Positions 15,533-26,510 of a DNA stretch of 49,380 nt are shown piece after piece. Source of the DNA: a virus (taxonomy: Duplodnaviria > Caudoviricetes); the IMG/VR virus record IMGVR_UViG_3300005405_000040, positions 1 to 49,380 of that record. One strand, given 5' to 3'. How positions within the stretch are numbered: the first letter of the stretch is position 1; every line of letters begins with the position of its first letter. The position numbers and the translations under genes were made by a program. The notes beneath the pieces are model-generated. The model saw only the letters and a list, made by a program, of their open reading frames with translations. It searched no databases and was not told where the DNA came from.

Positions 15533-18130
15533 ATGCAAAATCCACTCGACTCCGACACCAACTACGCTGAGGCCCACACACCAAGTAGCACAGAAAACTG
15601 GTGCCCACCGGAGGGCGATCCAACAACCGCAAAAATCGCCCTCGTTGGAGAAGCTCCTGGCCTTCAAGAGCGCCGCCTGCGCAGACCATTCTGCGGTCCC
15701 TCAGGCCAGCTCCTCGATAAGCTTCTCTTGCGAGCGGGAATAAACCGTCGTGATCTTTACATTACTAACACCATTAAGGAGCAACCTGAGCGAAACGACA
15801 TCACACCCTTCCTCGACCTCTCCAAGAAAGTTCCTCGTGAAGGCGAAAAGTGGGACTACTATTGTGACCTGCTCAAGCGGGAGCTTGAATCCTCCACCGC
15901 GAACGTCATCGTCGCCGTTGGCGCCGTCCCCCTCTGGGCTCTCTGCGGAGCCAAAGCAATCACCAAGCGCCGCGGTTCAATCCTCGAATCCACCTTACTT
16001 CCAGGACGAAAAGTAATTCCAATCATTCACCCAGCCGCGGCTCTTCGTGAGTATATGTTCACCCATGTGATTTCGTGGGACTTGAAACGGATCAAACGTG
16101 AGGCTGAGTTCCCAGAGATTTGTCGGAAAGACAACAAGCTCCTTCTTGGACCAAGTTACGATGAGGTAATAAGCTTCGTAAGGCAACTCTGTGCTTTCCT
16201 TCGATACCAAGCTACTAACGCCTACACCGAAATTGACATTGAGGTTTTGAATGAGGAAATCTCCTGTCTTTGTGTAGGGCACGAAGATTTTGGCACGATC
16301 ACAATTCCATTCGTTTGTGATAATGGAGACTACTTTTCACCTGAAGAAGAGGAAGAAATCTGGTCCGTTCTCACTCTACTCCTTGAAGACTCAAACATCA
16401 AAAAGCTCGGACATAACATAACCTTCGACGCAACCTTCATTTTTCGTAAGCTTGGAATACGAACTTTTCCCGTCCTTGACACTATGGTCGCACAAGGTGT
16501 TGCCTTTCCCGATGCTGTGAAAAAAGAAGATAATAAAGCTCGGATTGATAGTGGAACGGATAAGAAGGAACTTCGAGCCTTACGCCTAGGTCTAGATTTT
16601 GTAACCTCAATTTACACAGACGAGCCATACTACAAAGATGATGGAAAAAAGTGGTTTAAGCTCGGCGGTTCTCCTCAGGACCTTTGGCGATACAACGCAA
16701 AAGATGGAGCTGTGCTTCCTGAGATCCACCGGAAGCAACTCTTGGAGTTGCGGAAGCAAAAGAACGAACACGCCTACGAGATGCAACTTCAACTCATCGA
16801 GCCTCTCGTTTACATGGGCGAGCGTGGGATTCGTTGCGATACTAGCGGACTTAAGAAAGCCAGTATATATGCCTGCGAGGAACTGGATTGTCTTGTAGGA
16901 GCCCTCCACGAACTTTGTGGCTTCGAACTAAACCCAGCGTCACCAAAGCAACTTGCGGAGTATTTCTATGAAACAAAAAAGTTCAAACCTTACCTCAATC
17001 GAAAGTCCGGAGCCGTCTCTACCGACCGTGACGCACTTAAGAGATTGGCTCGAAAGGGCTCGAAGGAAGCATCGCTACTCCTCGAAATACGTAAACTTAG
17101 TAAGCTTAAAGGAACATATCTTGACATCAAACTTGATCCTGATTCACGTCTGCGATGCGCTTTTAACCCAATTGGAACATCAAGTGGAAGACTTAGCTCT
17201 TCTCAGACGATCTTTGGAACAGGCGGGAATATGCAAAACCTGCCAAGCGACTTCAAACAATTCCTCCAATTCGACTCCGGATTCATAGGCTACAACGTCG
17301 ACCTCTCACAAGCGGAGAACCGCACGGTTGCCTGGGTTGCCCCGGATGAACTCATGATGCGGGCCTTTCAAGATGGGCTTGATATTCACTCGCTTACGGG
17401 GAGTCTAATCTTCAACATCCCTTATCAGCAAGTAAAAGAGGAGGACGAACGTGGCATATTTTGTGAGATTGGTGGCGGAATTTACACACGACGTTTCTGG
17501 GGAAAGAAGGCAAACCACGGGCTTAATTACGACCTTGGGTTCCGAACCTTCGCCTTCTACTATGAAATCCCAGAAAGAGAGGCTCAGTTTATTGTTGAAC
17601 GCTACCATCGCGCATATCCAGGCGTACGACAATACCATGCTTGGGTCCGCAATAAGCTCTCACAGGGCCGCACTTTGGAGAACTGCTTGGGGCGTAAGAG
17701 GCTCTTCCTCGACCGCTGGGGCGATGACCTTTTTAAAGAGGCCTATTCCTTCATCCCGCAAAGCTCAATCGCGGATAAAGTGAACCATCACGGACTGATT
17801 CCGCTCTATTATGACTCCGACTTTCGAAAGGTCGATATCCTCAATCAGGTCCACGACTCGCTTGTTTTTCAAATTCCTCTCAGCCTTCCTATCGAAAAAC
17901 ACGTCGAGATCCTTCTCAACTTGCGTAGCAGGCTCGAAGAGCCGATCACTTTCGACGGTCGCTCGTTCTCCATTCCGATGGACATCGAAGCCGCACCCGA
18001 AGGTGGAAATTTAGGCAAGTTCCATCCTGAGAAGAACGCGCTTGGTCTGCACAAATGCAAGGGCCGAACGCAAGCGGAGCTTGCAAGAGAGGTTCGTTCG
18101 ATTGTTGAACAAGCCAAGATTGGAGGTTAG
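15533..18130 (+). CDS. polA: DNA polymerase family A with N-terminal uracil-DNA glycosylase domain
   Basis: UDG: VGEAPG..E, PFCGPSG, HPAA; exonuclease: DIE, HNITFD, YNAKD; polymerase: GRLSS, DLSQAENR, KKANHGLNY, VHDS. Confidence 0.95.
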   Translation: MQNPLDSDTNYAEAHTPSSTENWCPPEGDPTTAKIALVGEAPGLQERRLRRPFCGPSGQLLDKLLLRAGINRRDLYITNTIKEQPERNDITPFLDLSKKVPREGEKWDYYCDLLKRELESSTANVIVAVGAVPLWALCGAKAITKRRGSILESTLLPGRKVIPIIHPAAALREYMFTHVISWDLKRIKREAEFPEICRKDNKLLLGPSYDEVISFVRQLCAFLRYQATNAYTEIDIEVLNEEISCLCVGHEDFGTITIPFVCDNGDYFSPEEEEEIWSVLTLLLEDSNIKKLGHNITFDATFIFRKLGIRTFPVLDTMVAQGVAFPDAVKKEDNKARIDSGTDKKELRALRLGLDFVTSIYTDEPYYKDDGKKWFKLGGSPQDLWRYNAKDGAVLPEIHRKQLLELRKQKNEHAYEMQLQLIEPLVYMGERGIRCDTSGLKKASIYACEELDCLVGALHELCGFELNPASPKQLAEYFYETKKFKPYLNRKSGAVSTDRDALKRLARKGSKEASLLLEIRKLSKLKGTYLDIKLDPDSRLRCAFNPIGTSSGRLSSSQTIFGTGGNMQNLPSDFKQFLQFDSGFIGYNVDLSQAENRTVAWVAPDELMMRAFQDGLDIHSLTGSLIFNIPYQQVKEEDERGIFCEIGGGIYTRRFWGKKANHGLNYDLGFRTFAFYYEIPEREAQFIVERYHRAYPGVRQYHAWVRNKLSQGRTLENCLGRKRLFLDRWGDDLFKEAYSFIPQSSIADKVNHHGLIPLYYDSDFRKVDILNQVHDSLVFQIPLSLPIEKHVEILLNLRSRLEEPITFDGRSFSIPMDIEAAPEGGNLGKFHPEKNALGLHKCKGRTQAELAREVRSIVEQAKIGG

Positions 18131-18131
18131 C

Positions 18132-18341
18132 ATGTTTATATCCGCCTATGATTATCAGCTGTGTGTCCTAGTAGGAGGTCCTTGCGATGGAAGTATTGAG
18201 ACCATTGCAACAATTGGCAAGGACTCTCCATGTGATGTTAAGATCTTTCCTGACTCGACCTATCGCATAAGGCTAGAAACTCCCACAAAACGGGCAAGGG
18301 ATTCCCAAGGACGTTTTATACTTGATTGGGTGGAAGACTAG
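18132..18341 (+). CDS. hypothetical protein
   Basis: GGAGG RBS before ATG 18132; LVGGPCDG motif common in small phage proteins. Confidence 0.55.
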   Translation: MFISAYDYQLCVLVGGPCDGSIETIATIGKDSPCDVKIFPDSTYRIRLETPTKRARDSQGRFILDWVED

Positions 18342-18350
18342 GAGGCTTGT

Positions 18351-19529
18351 GTGCTATCAACACGCCAATGCTACGATTGGATAACCGACTATGTTAGATT
18401 CACCGAATACAACACGGAGCCTCCGCTTTTATTCCGAAAATGGACCGCCATTTCTGTCATCGCCGCTGCACTCCAGCGCAAGGTCTTCCTCCAATGGCAT
18501 GACCAGATCTTCCCCAACATGTACATATGCCTAGTTGGGCCGCCAGCATGCAGAAAGGGCACGGCAATGGGTCCAGGTTACAAACTCCTAACCGAGAAAG
18601 GAATTCGACTCGCCGCCGAAGCAACCACCCGCGAATCCCTCATTCGATTCCTCCGCGAATCTGGTTCGATGGACGTAGACAACGAGGGGAATGCACATAT
18701 TCATGCTTCTTTAAGTGTGTTCTCAAAAGAGTTCACCGTTTTTCTCGGCTATAACAACCAGACTCTAATGAGTGACCTCACCGACTGGTTTGACTGCTCC
18801 GACCGTTGGACCTATCGAACGAAGCACGAAGGCGAAGACGACATCATTGGCGTTTGGCTCAATATCATCGGCGCAACGACTCCCGAACTTATCCACTCCG
18901 CACTTCCTGCCGACGCAGTTGGCTCCGGCCTTACGAGCCGAATGATCTTTGTTTACGAGGAAAAGAAGGGTCCGAAGTGTGCTATTCCCCTTGTTCAGAA
19001 AGAACATAAAGAAATTCTCCGAGCCGTCTCCAACGACCTCAGCCAAATCATGCTCCTCCGTGGGGAGTTCAAAGTAACCCCAGACCTAATCGACAACTGG
19101 ATTGATTGGTATAATGAAGAAGGAACTCCCTTCACCGATGCTCGTTTCGAAGGCTACTTTGAACGCCGCCCCTTGCACCTCCTCAAACTCTCCATGATTA
19201 TGAGCGCAAGTCGCGGAAACGATCTTCGCGTAACAATCGAGGACTTTCGCAGAGCCAAAGCCCTTCTTGAAGAGACGGAAAGAAAAATGCCAATGGTCTT
19301 TATGGGACATGGTCGGAATCCCTCCGCTGACACCCTCACAAAAGTAATGGCTTTCGTTGGAACAAAGGGCTCTGTTCGTTTTAGCGAACTAATGCGGAAC
19401 TTTTATCGGGATATCGACCAACGAGGCCTTGAAGGAATCGTAACGAGCCTAGCAAAAATGGGAATGCTTCGGGTGAACAACTCGGAGTCTGACGCAATTA
19501 TCCTCTACGTTAATAGGAGCCAAAGGTGA
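18351..19529 (+). CDS. DUF3987/YfjI-like P-loop protein, putative replicative helicase
   Basis: FPNMYICLVGPPACRKGT, LNIIGATTP, GLTSRMIFV; C-terminal winged-helix-like tail; downstream of polA. Confidence 0.75.
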   Translation: MLSTRQCYDWITDYVRFTEYNTEPPLLFRKWTAISVIAAALQRKVFLQWHDQIFPNMYICLVGPPACRKGTAMGPGYKLLTEKGIRLAAEATTRESLIRFLRESGSMDVDNEGNAHIHASLSVFSKEFTVFLGYNNQTLMSDLTDWFDCSDRWTYRTKHEGEDDIIGVWLNIIGATTPELIHSALPADAVGSGLTSRMIFVYEEKKGPKCAIPLVQKEHKEILRAVSNDLSQIMLLRGEFKVTPDLIDNWIDWYNEEGTPFTDARFEGYFERRPLHLLKLSMIMSASRGNDLRVTIEDFRRAKALLEETERKMPMVFMGHGRNPSADTLTKVMAFVGTKGSVRFSELMRNFYRDIDQRGLEGIVTSLAKMGMLRVNNSESDAIILYVNRSQR

Positions 19530-19972
19530 TCCGAAAACTCTCTCAACAAAGCGCGACTACCATCCTCGAAGCACTTGTTTCGAATGGTCTTATTACACAG
19601 GATCAGATTCTCCAAACTCTTATGTCGAATCCTTCGACAGAAATGAAACGTGCGGTGGATTTTGTTCATCGGTTGTTCTGTACAAAGAAGCATGACAAGG
19701 GCGATACTGAGAGTGGTTTTACTGGCCTCTGCTCCTACGACCTCGAAGACCACTTCGACTCTTGCTGGACCGAACCTGCTCACATCGAGTGGCTCGAACG
19801 AACCTCCTCTCTTATGAGGGAACTCGAAATTTTCTCCGAAGAAGTTCTCCTCCGAACCTTCAACGAGGCCTCTCCTCTTATCAACCTCATCAGCCAGATG
19901 GAAATAGAAAAGCCAACCGCTCTCGCGTTGGCTCTTCGGGTGAAGAATCTTGTTTGGCTTGAAGAGAAATAG
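19526..19972 (+). CDS. hypothetical protein
   Basis: GTGA overlap; last gene of the + arm. Confidence 0.6.
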   Translation: MIRKLSQQSATTILEALVSNGLITQDQILQTLMSNPSTEMKRAVDFVHRLFCTKKHDKGDTESGFTGLCSYDLEDHFDSCWTEPAHIEWLERTSSLMRELEIFSEEVLLRTFNEASPLINLISQMEIEKPTALALALRVKNLVWLEEK

Positions 19973-20000
19973 GCTTGTTCAATTTCCAAACAAGCCTGAG

Positions 20001-23000
20001 TTAAAACCCATACGCCTTCCTCAACTCCATCTCCCTCGCAACTTCCGCCGGCCGACCGACTTGCGGCTTCAGCCTCTGCATAATCGACCGCTCCGGATCA
20101 AACATCATATCTGGGCGCCCTTGTGCGCCCCAGATAATATTCCAAGCGTCCATTTCATCCAGCACGCGCTTAGTTTCCTCCGAGTCTCCTCGATTAATCG
20201 CATGAGCAAAGCGACTTGCAAGCCTTGCCTGCGCAACCTGACGCTCCTGCTTTGACTTCTCAAGCACCTTAAATACACGAAACGCCTTATCCATCTTCAA
20301 CGGAGGCAAGCCCATCACCTTTGCCTGAGCTTCTCCCTCCGTTAGCCTTAGCGACTCCAGTCCTCCTTCCGCTGTCGGAACAAGCACCTGCTTCCCACTA
20401 AGCGTATACTGTCCCTTCTCCTTCAACCTCCCAGCCGCCAACCAATTCCTAAGCAACATGGTCGGTGCGAGAAACTCCATCGCTCGCTTTGGGTCTCCAT
20501 TTGCCCAAGCATTGAACCCTCCAACCACATCCTGCGCCACACCTCCGACAACTCCCGACGCCTCACTCAACGGCGACTCGCTAAACTGTGGAGCAAACGG
20601 CCCGCCTCGCGCAGCAACAGCTCCCGCACGAATCAATTCAACAACCGAATCAGGCAGCGTAAACTCCACCGAAGAACCAATCGAAATCTTTGGCAACGCT
20701 CCTCCAAAACCATGCGCTTCGACTCCATAAAGCAAACCATCCTGCCAATCATTTGACATCCCAGCCGAACTCAAACCCTCTCGAATCTCCTTCTCCGGAT
20801 CATCCTCTGAGAACGCCCCATACATAGACATCAAAACAGAGGCAAGAGGAATTCCCCTCAGCGCCCCACCAACAAACACTTGCCCTGCAATTGAAGCGGC
20901 GAACGCTTTCCTTCCTCTCCCTCCGCTCTTCAGCATATCCCGCCAAAGTTCCATTAAATTATGCGAAAAGTGCCGGAACGTATAGCCAACCGAGAGCAAC
21001 TTCCCACTCGTCCCGCTTCGAACAATCGGCGGACGATTCTGGGCATTGTATTCTGCATGGGTATCAAGAACAATCTCTCGGGTGAACTCTCGAACACGAG
21101 GATCACTTGTGGGAAGCTTCTCGCCCTCTTTCAACCCGAAACGTTTCAACATCTTCGGATCATCAATCCGTCCATCCGAAATAGTTCTCATCGCTGCTAC
21201 CGCAAGCGAAGACCGCGAGAACCACTCTGACACTTCAAGTGGCGAAGCGCCAATGTTATTAACCAATCTTGCTCCACTTCCAAGCACTCGCGTAATCATC
21301 CACTGTTGTTGCGTACTATAATGTTCTCGAAGCCTATTTATCATCTCCCATGTTTGCTGCGGCATAACTGTTCCATCATCCTGCAACTCTCGCATCAGAG
21401 TAATCTCGGCATCCGACAAAATGTTCTTCCCATTAGCTACGCCATAAATTCCCAACTTCCGAAGCTTCTGCTTTGACTCAAGGCCGAACTGCCTAACCAA
21501 GTCCGCCGAAGCTTGCCCGAACTGTCGCCCTGGATTCTTCGTAAATTGTGAGAGTCGGGGAATCGAAACGACAAGAGGATTTAAAGTGTTCAAAAAGAAA
21601 TGCTTCGGAACGCCCCACATATAACGAAAGAAGAGCACCGCTCTTGCAGCACTCGTAATCCGATCAACCATTCCCTTTGGCGCAATCATGTCCTCAAAGT
21701 GCTGCATGATCATTTCCGATTGCTCGCGGTTCGGCTTCTTCTCCAGCATCGTGCGAGATAGTTCTTGCGCTAATTCCATCCGCTTAAGCGAGCCGAACAA
21801 TCCAACATTATAATCCGTGAGCACTTTGAGCAAATCTTCCTGTTCATATCCAAGGATTCCATCTCGCTTGGAAAAGTTCCCAAACCCCTTCGTCTTAAGA
21901 ATACCAAGCACCTCACTGGGAAGCTTCGCTCGAAAAGCTTTTGCTGCCTCCGCTGTCTCCTCCTGTCCTTCAAGCGTCTTTGCTGCCTCATCGAGCACCC
22001 TCCCAATTACTTCGACTGAGACCGGTGTGTTAATATACCAACGTTCGAGTTCGCTTGCGGACTTTGGCTTGGGATCCCAAGTAAGCCCCGCATATTCTGG
22101 CATCTTCGAAAGCACCGCAATGTAATCCTTCGGAAGCATAGCCTTGCCTAGGGTCTTCCCAAGCATTCCTACATCAATAGGAAGTCGAGCTTTCAACTCT
22201 CCCTTCGCGTCGAAACCTTCAAGAAAATGTGACCCATAAAAGTTATGTGGAAGGTAGTTTGGAATAAACCCTGTCCGAGCCGCCTGCTCCTCTAGCCAAG
22301 TCTTGTCAACGTGTGGATTCTTTGCGTGGGAATTATACCAGGTTTCAAATCCAAGGTGTAAAAGTTTTCGAATCTGGAGAATGGCGTTGGTTGAATCCTT
22401 TGAAAAATCTCGTGTCTGAAGAAAGCGTTCTAATTCAGTATAAAACTGTGGATTTCCTCGAACCGTCTTCCTTCCCTGTGCGTCAGTTTCCGAAAGGATC
22501 TCCGGCGAAGGAGTAGCCTTCAGCTTCTTCCCTTCGGCCTGCCAAAGAAAAGCCGTTGTTTCTTTATAATCCTCAGGACTAAGCTTAATAATAGGATCAA
22601 GCCTTGAAAGGGCTTCGCGCTTTTGTCCGTCCCGCTTATTTATAATTTGGGAAGTCTTATTGTAATACTCACCAAAATCCTCTTTTACTTTTGCTGCCCA
22701 ACGGGGAATATTTAGCTTCTTCTGATAACCAGAACCAAGCCGCTTAAGCACGTTGCCCTCTGGCAAATCTCCAAGAACCTTATTCGCCTGTTCGACTCCT
22801 GCAAAAAGATCCGCCGTAAAAAGCTTAATCGTATCCCTCATCGCCTGTGTATCAACCTGGCCACTGCGCACTTGCTCTCGCACCGCTTCCAGCGGCATAT
22901 CAAGGGTCTCAGCGACCCACCTATAAGAAAGTTCCGACTCGTCATCCGAGTCAAGCCACTCTTCCGCAGACCGCTTAATCTCAGGATTCCGACTCTTAAA

Positions 23001-25166
23001 ATCATCCGCCGTCTGAGCCAGCATAGCCGTCGCAAGGCGCTTTGCGTCTCGGACCTGTTCTTGCTGCCTAGCCTCACCACTCTCATAAGAAGTAAGCTGT
23101 GCAGAAGGACCCTGCTTCGCCTGCTGTATTTGCCAAGAGTCTCCCTTCTCACTTCTAGCAATCCGAAGCTCTGCGATTGGGTAGGATTCTTTCAACGAAC
23201 TAAGAGCTTTCTCCGCCTCGCGCAAGGAAGGATACTCACTCATTAACAATTCTTCTGGGACTACTACTTGCGCAGGCTTAACTTGCCTCATCGCTCCAAG
23301 CTTTCGCTCCGGATTAATCGGAGCTGTTCCTCCTGCTGGAAGCCTAGCCAATTTCGGCGTAAGAACCTCCCGAACTACAAACTCCTCTCCTCTCGGCCTA
23401 ACCTCAAACTTTCTCTCCGGATAATCCTCCCTCATCGCAGCAACATCTCGCCCAGCGCTCAAGCGCGAACCATAAGTCCGCGCTAGGCGCTCGTCGAGAA
23501 GGGGAGGCTTCGCAATGGGCTCAACGGAAGGCTCAATAGGCTTGTTCGTTTCTTGAACAGACCTATTTAATAACTCTTCTTGCTCTTGCCCTTGCTCCGT
23601 TCTTTGCTCTTCAACGGCTTGGACATCGGCATTTGCTTCTCCTTCATTCCCGTTCCCTTGCCCTGCGCTTGCATCGAATGCTGTCCTTTGTTCTTCATCT
23701 TCTTTTATCCTTTCTTTCTGTGTAGGTGTTTGAACTACGTCCTCTCTGATCGGTGCGTTCGATTCTTGAACAAGCCTATCGAACTCTTCCTCCAACCTGT
23801 AAAACTTTGCCAGGTCCCTCGAACCACGCGCCAGGATCGCCTGTTTTCCGGCTTCGGATATTACTTGCTTTGGTTTTTGTTTAGCTGGCTTTGGTGCCTG
23901 CTCCGCCGCTTCCATAATACGCCGAGCTTCAGGAGGAGTCGTATCCTCCTGAACTGTTGTTTCTATTGGTGTGGACATTCCAGGTTCCACCTGAGATTCA
24001 GCAGAACTTTCCGGCCTAAGTGGAACAGGCGCTTCTGGAAATTGCCTAACCTCAAACGGCTGTTGGATACCAAAGCCCTCTTGCTCAGCAGGTTCATTCT
24101 GCCTACGATAATCAGTCGAGTCTGGAACGCTAACCCGCTCTCGCATTTGTCGATAGCGGGCCTCAATCGCCTCATCTGAGTAATCATCTAAGGAGGCCTC
24201 AGGCGTACCAACGAAATCAGAATTACTTATTTTTCCTCCTTCTGTTTTAGTTTTAAACTTATGTCCTAAAAGTGCTCCGGCCACAAATCCTAAAACACCA
24301 CCGGCAGCCCCAGCCTCATATGTATCAATCAAAACATTTCGATCCTCATCATACATCTGCTTGGCAATTGTATTGCCTCCGGCCGTTTGAAGAAACTCTT
24401 GTAAGCCCTCTTCAATGCCTGTAACCCCTCCTTGCAAGAGACGTTTTTTTAGCTCCCCTCGCATAAGCTCATCAAGTTTTGCTACCACACCTGCTCCTCG
24501 TGCGGCAAGTTGTGGAGACATCTTTCTCGCTACTTTTCCAATCACATTTGAATAAGGCAAAACATCCGTCATACCAAGCAAGCTCCCACCAATCGCAGCA
24601 TTCGCCGCGGTTTGATCACTTGCCTGATTTTGCTTAGCGTCCTCAAATTGCTCAACACTACCAGCCGAAGAAGCCCCAAGCAAAGCAGCTCCTGGATTAA
24701 CAAGAGCCGTTCCAAGTTGCGCACCTAATTGCCCAGCTCCACTAGGAATTGTTGAAAGCCAGAAGCTATTCTCATATTCTGGATTTGTTCGCAAACCTAA
24801 CTGTGCTTTTTCTTGCACAGCCTGGCCTAACTTATACAAAGGCTTTTCTTGTATTGGAATGTTAGGCGCAACGTGTCCCTGTAACATCCTTTGGGCTTGT
24901 GGATCTGTTGGCTTCCAATTATCCCAACGACTTCCCTCAATAGCAAGCTGCTTTGGTACGCTTCCTAAGAAGCTTCCAACTCCACCAAGGACCTTTGCTG
25001 TGATGTGTTCAGACTTTCCAACATTGCCTCCATACTGACTATCGAACTCCTCCAACGACATTTCCTTTGGTGTTGCCAATGGGACCGATTGCTGCGACGT
25101 GCCTCCAACTGGTGCCGTCGAAGTAGGAAACAATTTCTCAAACTCGTCCAAGCTCATCTCAGGCAT
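20001..25166 (-). CDS. large internal virion / DNA ejection protein
   Basis: 1721 aa; last gene of the structural arm; Gly/Ala-rich hydrophobic N-terminal region as in podovirus ejection proteins. Confidence 0.7.
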   Translation of the reverse strand: MPEMSLDEFEKLFPTSTAPVGGTSQQSVPLATPKEMSLEEFDSQYGGNVGKSEHITAKVLGGVGSFLGSVPKQLAIEGSRWDNWKPTDPQAQRMLQGHVAPNIPIQEKPLYKLGQAVQEKAQLGLRTNPEYENSFWLSTIPSGAGQLGAQLGTALVNPGAALLGASSAGSVEQFEDAKQNQASDQTAANAAIGGSLLGMTDVLPYSNVIGKVARKMSPQLAARGAGVVAKLDELMRGELKKRLLQGGVTGIEEGLQEFLQTAGGNTIAKQMYDEDRNVLIDTYEAGAAGGVLGFVAGALLGHKFKTKTEGGKISNSDFVGTPEASLDDYSDEAIEARYRQMRERVSVPDSTDYRRQNEPAEQEGFGIQQPFEVRQFPEAPVPLRPESSAESQVEPGMSTPIETTVQEDTTPPEARRIMEAAEQAPKPAKQKPKQVISEAGKQAILARGSRDLAKFYRLEEEFDRLVQESNAPIREDVVQTPTQKERIKEDEEQRTAFDASAGQGNGNEGEANADVQAVEEQRTEQGQEQEELLNRSVQETNKPIEPSVEPIAKPPLLDERLARTYGSRLSAGRDVAAMREDYPERKFEVRPRGEEFVVREVLTPKLARLPAGGTAPINPERKLGAMRQVKPAQVVVPEELLMSEYPSLREAEKALSSLKESYPIAELRIARSEKGDSWQIQQAKQGPSAQLTSYESGEARQQEQVRDAKRLATAMLAQTADDFKSRNPEIKRSAEEWLDSDDESELSYRWVAETLDMPLEAVREQVRSGQVDTQAMRDTIKLFTADLFAGVEQANKVLGDLPEGNVLKRLGSGYQKKLNIPRWAAKVKEDFGEYYNKTSQIINKRDGQKREALSRLDPIIKLSPEDYKETTAFLWQAEGKKLKATPSPEILSETDAQGRKTVRGNPQFYTELERFLQTRDFSKDSTNAILQIRKLLHLGFETWYNSHAKNPHVDKTWLEEQAARTGFIPNYLPHNFYGSHFLEGFDAKGELKARLPIDVGMLGKTLGKAMLPKDYIAVLSKMPEYAGLTWDPKPKSASELERWYINTPVSVEVIGRVLDEAAKTLEGQEETAEAAKAFRAKLPSEVLGILKTKGFGNFSKRDGILGYEQEDLLKVLTDYNVGLFGSLKRMELAQELSRTMLEKKPNREQSEMIMQHFEDMIAPKGMVDRITSAARAVLFFRYMWGVPKHFFLNTLNPLVVSIPRLSQFTKNPGRQFGQASADLVRQFGLESKQKLRKLGIYGVANGKNILSDAEITLMRELQDDGTVMPQQTWEMINRLREHYSTQQQWMITRVLGSGARLVNNIGASPLEVSEWFSRSSLAVAAMRTISDGRIDDPKMLKRFGLKEGEKLPTSDPRVREFTREIVLDTHAEYNAQNRPPIVRSGTSGKLLSVGYTFRHFSHNLMELWRDMLKSGGRGRKAFAASIAGQVFVGGALRGIPLASVLMSMYGAFSEDDPEKEIREGLSSAGMSNDWQDGLLYGVEAHGFGGALPKISIGSSVEFTLPDSVVELIRAGAVAARGGPFAPQFSESPLSEASGVVGGVAQDVVGGFNAWANGDPKRAMEFLAPTMLLRNWLAAGRLKEKGQYTLSGKQVLVPTAEGGLESLRLTEGEAQAKVMGLPPLKMDKAFRVFKVLEKSKQERQVAQARLASRFAHAINRGDSEETKRVLDEMDAWNIIWGAQGRPDMMFDPERSIMQRLKPQVGRPAEVAREMELRKAYGF

Positions 25167-25175
25167 TTTCGTCTC

Positions 25176-26492
25176 CTACTCAATGCGCACCTTTTTCGTT
25201 GTCGGATTAAAATAAACCTTCCTCCCAGCCCGCTTTGACATTTCTTCGTTGTAAACAAAACCGCCTAAGGTAGTAGAACTAGGCCTCTCAACAATCTCTC
25301 CTGCTACATCGGGATAAACCTGCTGCGCATACTCATTCGCCATCTCAAGCGCTTTATCATGGCCGCGCCAAGCATTTGCTTCGTAAACACGTCGGTGCTC
25401 CGACTTGGCAGTTTTCTTCCTATTCTCAACAGCCTTTTGCTCAGCTCGATTCTCTTTCAGTCTCTCCTCTTCTTGCTCCCAAAGCTTACCCATATTAAAC
25501 AGCTGCCCATAAGTATAAGAAGAACCAGGATATTGCTCATTCCACTTATCCTTAATTGACTCACGAAGGGCTGCTATTTGTGCAGCCTTCTCTTGTTTAT
25601 CTTTGGTCCTTGCCTCCCAGTCTGCGGCTTGAGCCTGCCTAAGAGGTTCATTTTGCATAACCTGTTGTTGATGATATCCTGCTGCTTCTCGTGCTCGCGC
25701 TTCGGAAGCATTATAGTCCAACACATCGTTGTTGAACTTTAGGTACTCATCCATGGTTAACGAGCGAGGAACACCATCAATCTCAATGTTCACTCTTCGC
25801 TGCGCCTGATTCAGCTGTTCTCCAAGCACATCCGACATTCTCTGCTGGTACTGGGCCTTCACTGGCAAGTAGGCTGCTTCTCTTCCTGCCTGCTGTGCAG
25901 CAAACAACTCCTCTGGACTAAGTCCCCAACCCGTAACACCACTTCTTTGTGCTACTTCTTGTGAGTTAGGGACGGAAGTAGGGTTTACACCACCACTCCC
26001 AAGAGCAGCGCTAATAGGCGTCTGCTCCGCAATTGGCAAATCAGAGCCAGTCTGTGCTGAATAAGACATAGGAGCAAGCGTAGGCAACCCTTGCGGAGCT
26101 ACCATTCCCGTTCCAGTTTGTGCAGGAATGGGCTGAATTGGAGCCTGTACTTGCCCAGGAGCTTGAACTTGCCCGGCACTCACTTGCGCTTGCAGATTCT
26201 GAGCCTTAGCCAAGTCCGACTGTGGCGTGGCCTTTATTGAAAAACCACCATCTGGCTTTACAGAAATTCCCGCAACATTTGGGTCGGCTAGCAATTTACT
26301 AAACTTTTCCTGCTCCGAATCCGCAACTCCTTTTGCTACCTGCCCCTTAGTACTCGGAATAAAAGCATCGGCAATCCCAGCACCAACCGTTCCTTGTGGT
26401 GAAATTCCCTTTCCTGCTTGAAGCAACTTTAGTTGGTTTTCAGGATTTCCCAACCAAGAAGAAAGTCTATTTTGCAATCCTTCAAAAGCCAT
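25176..26492 (-). CDS. internal virion protein
   Basis: Position; Q/A-rich, coiled-coil. Confidence 0.6.
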   Translation of the reverse strand: MAFEGLQNRLSSWLGNPENQLKLLQAGKGISPQGTVGAGIADAFIPSTKGQVAKGVADSEQEKFSKLLADPNVAGISVKPDGGFSIKATPQSDLAKAQNLQAQVSAGQVQAPGQVQAPIQPIPAQTGTGMVAPQGLPTLAPMSYSAQTGSDLPIAEQTPISAALGSGGVNPTSVPNSQEVAQRSGVTGWGLSPEELFAAQQAGREAAYLPVKAQYQQRMSDVLGEQLNQAQRRVNIEIDGVPRSLTMDEYLKFNNDVLDYNASEARAREAAGYHQQQVMQNEPLRQAQAADWEARTKDKQEKAAQIAALRESIKDKWNEQYPGSSYTYGQLFNMGKLWEQEEERLKENRAEQKAVENRKKTAKSEHRRVYEANAWRGHDKALEMANEYAQQVYPDVAGEIVERPSSTTLGGFVYNEEMSKRAGRKVYFNPTTKKVRIE

Positions 26493-26510
26493 TTTCTTCT
26501 CCTATTTTCA

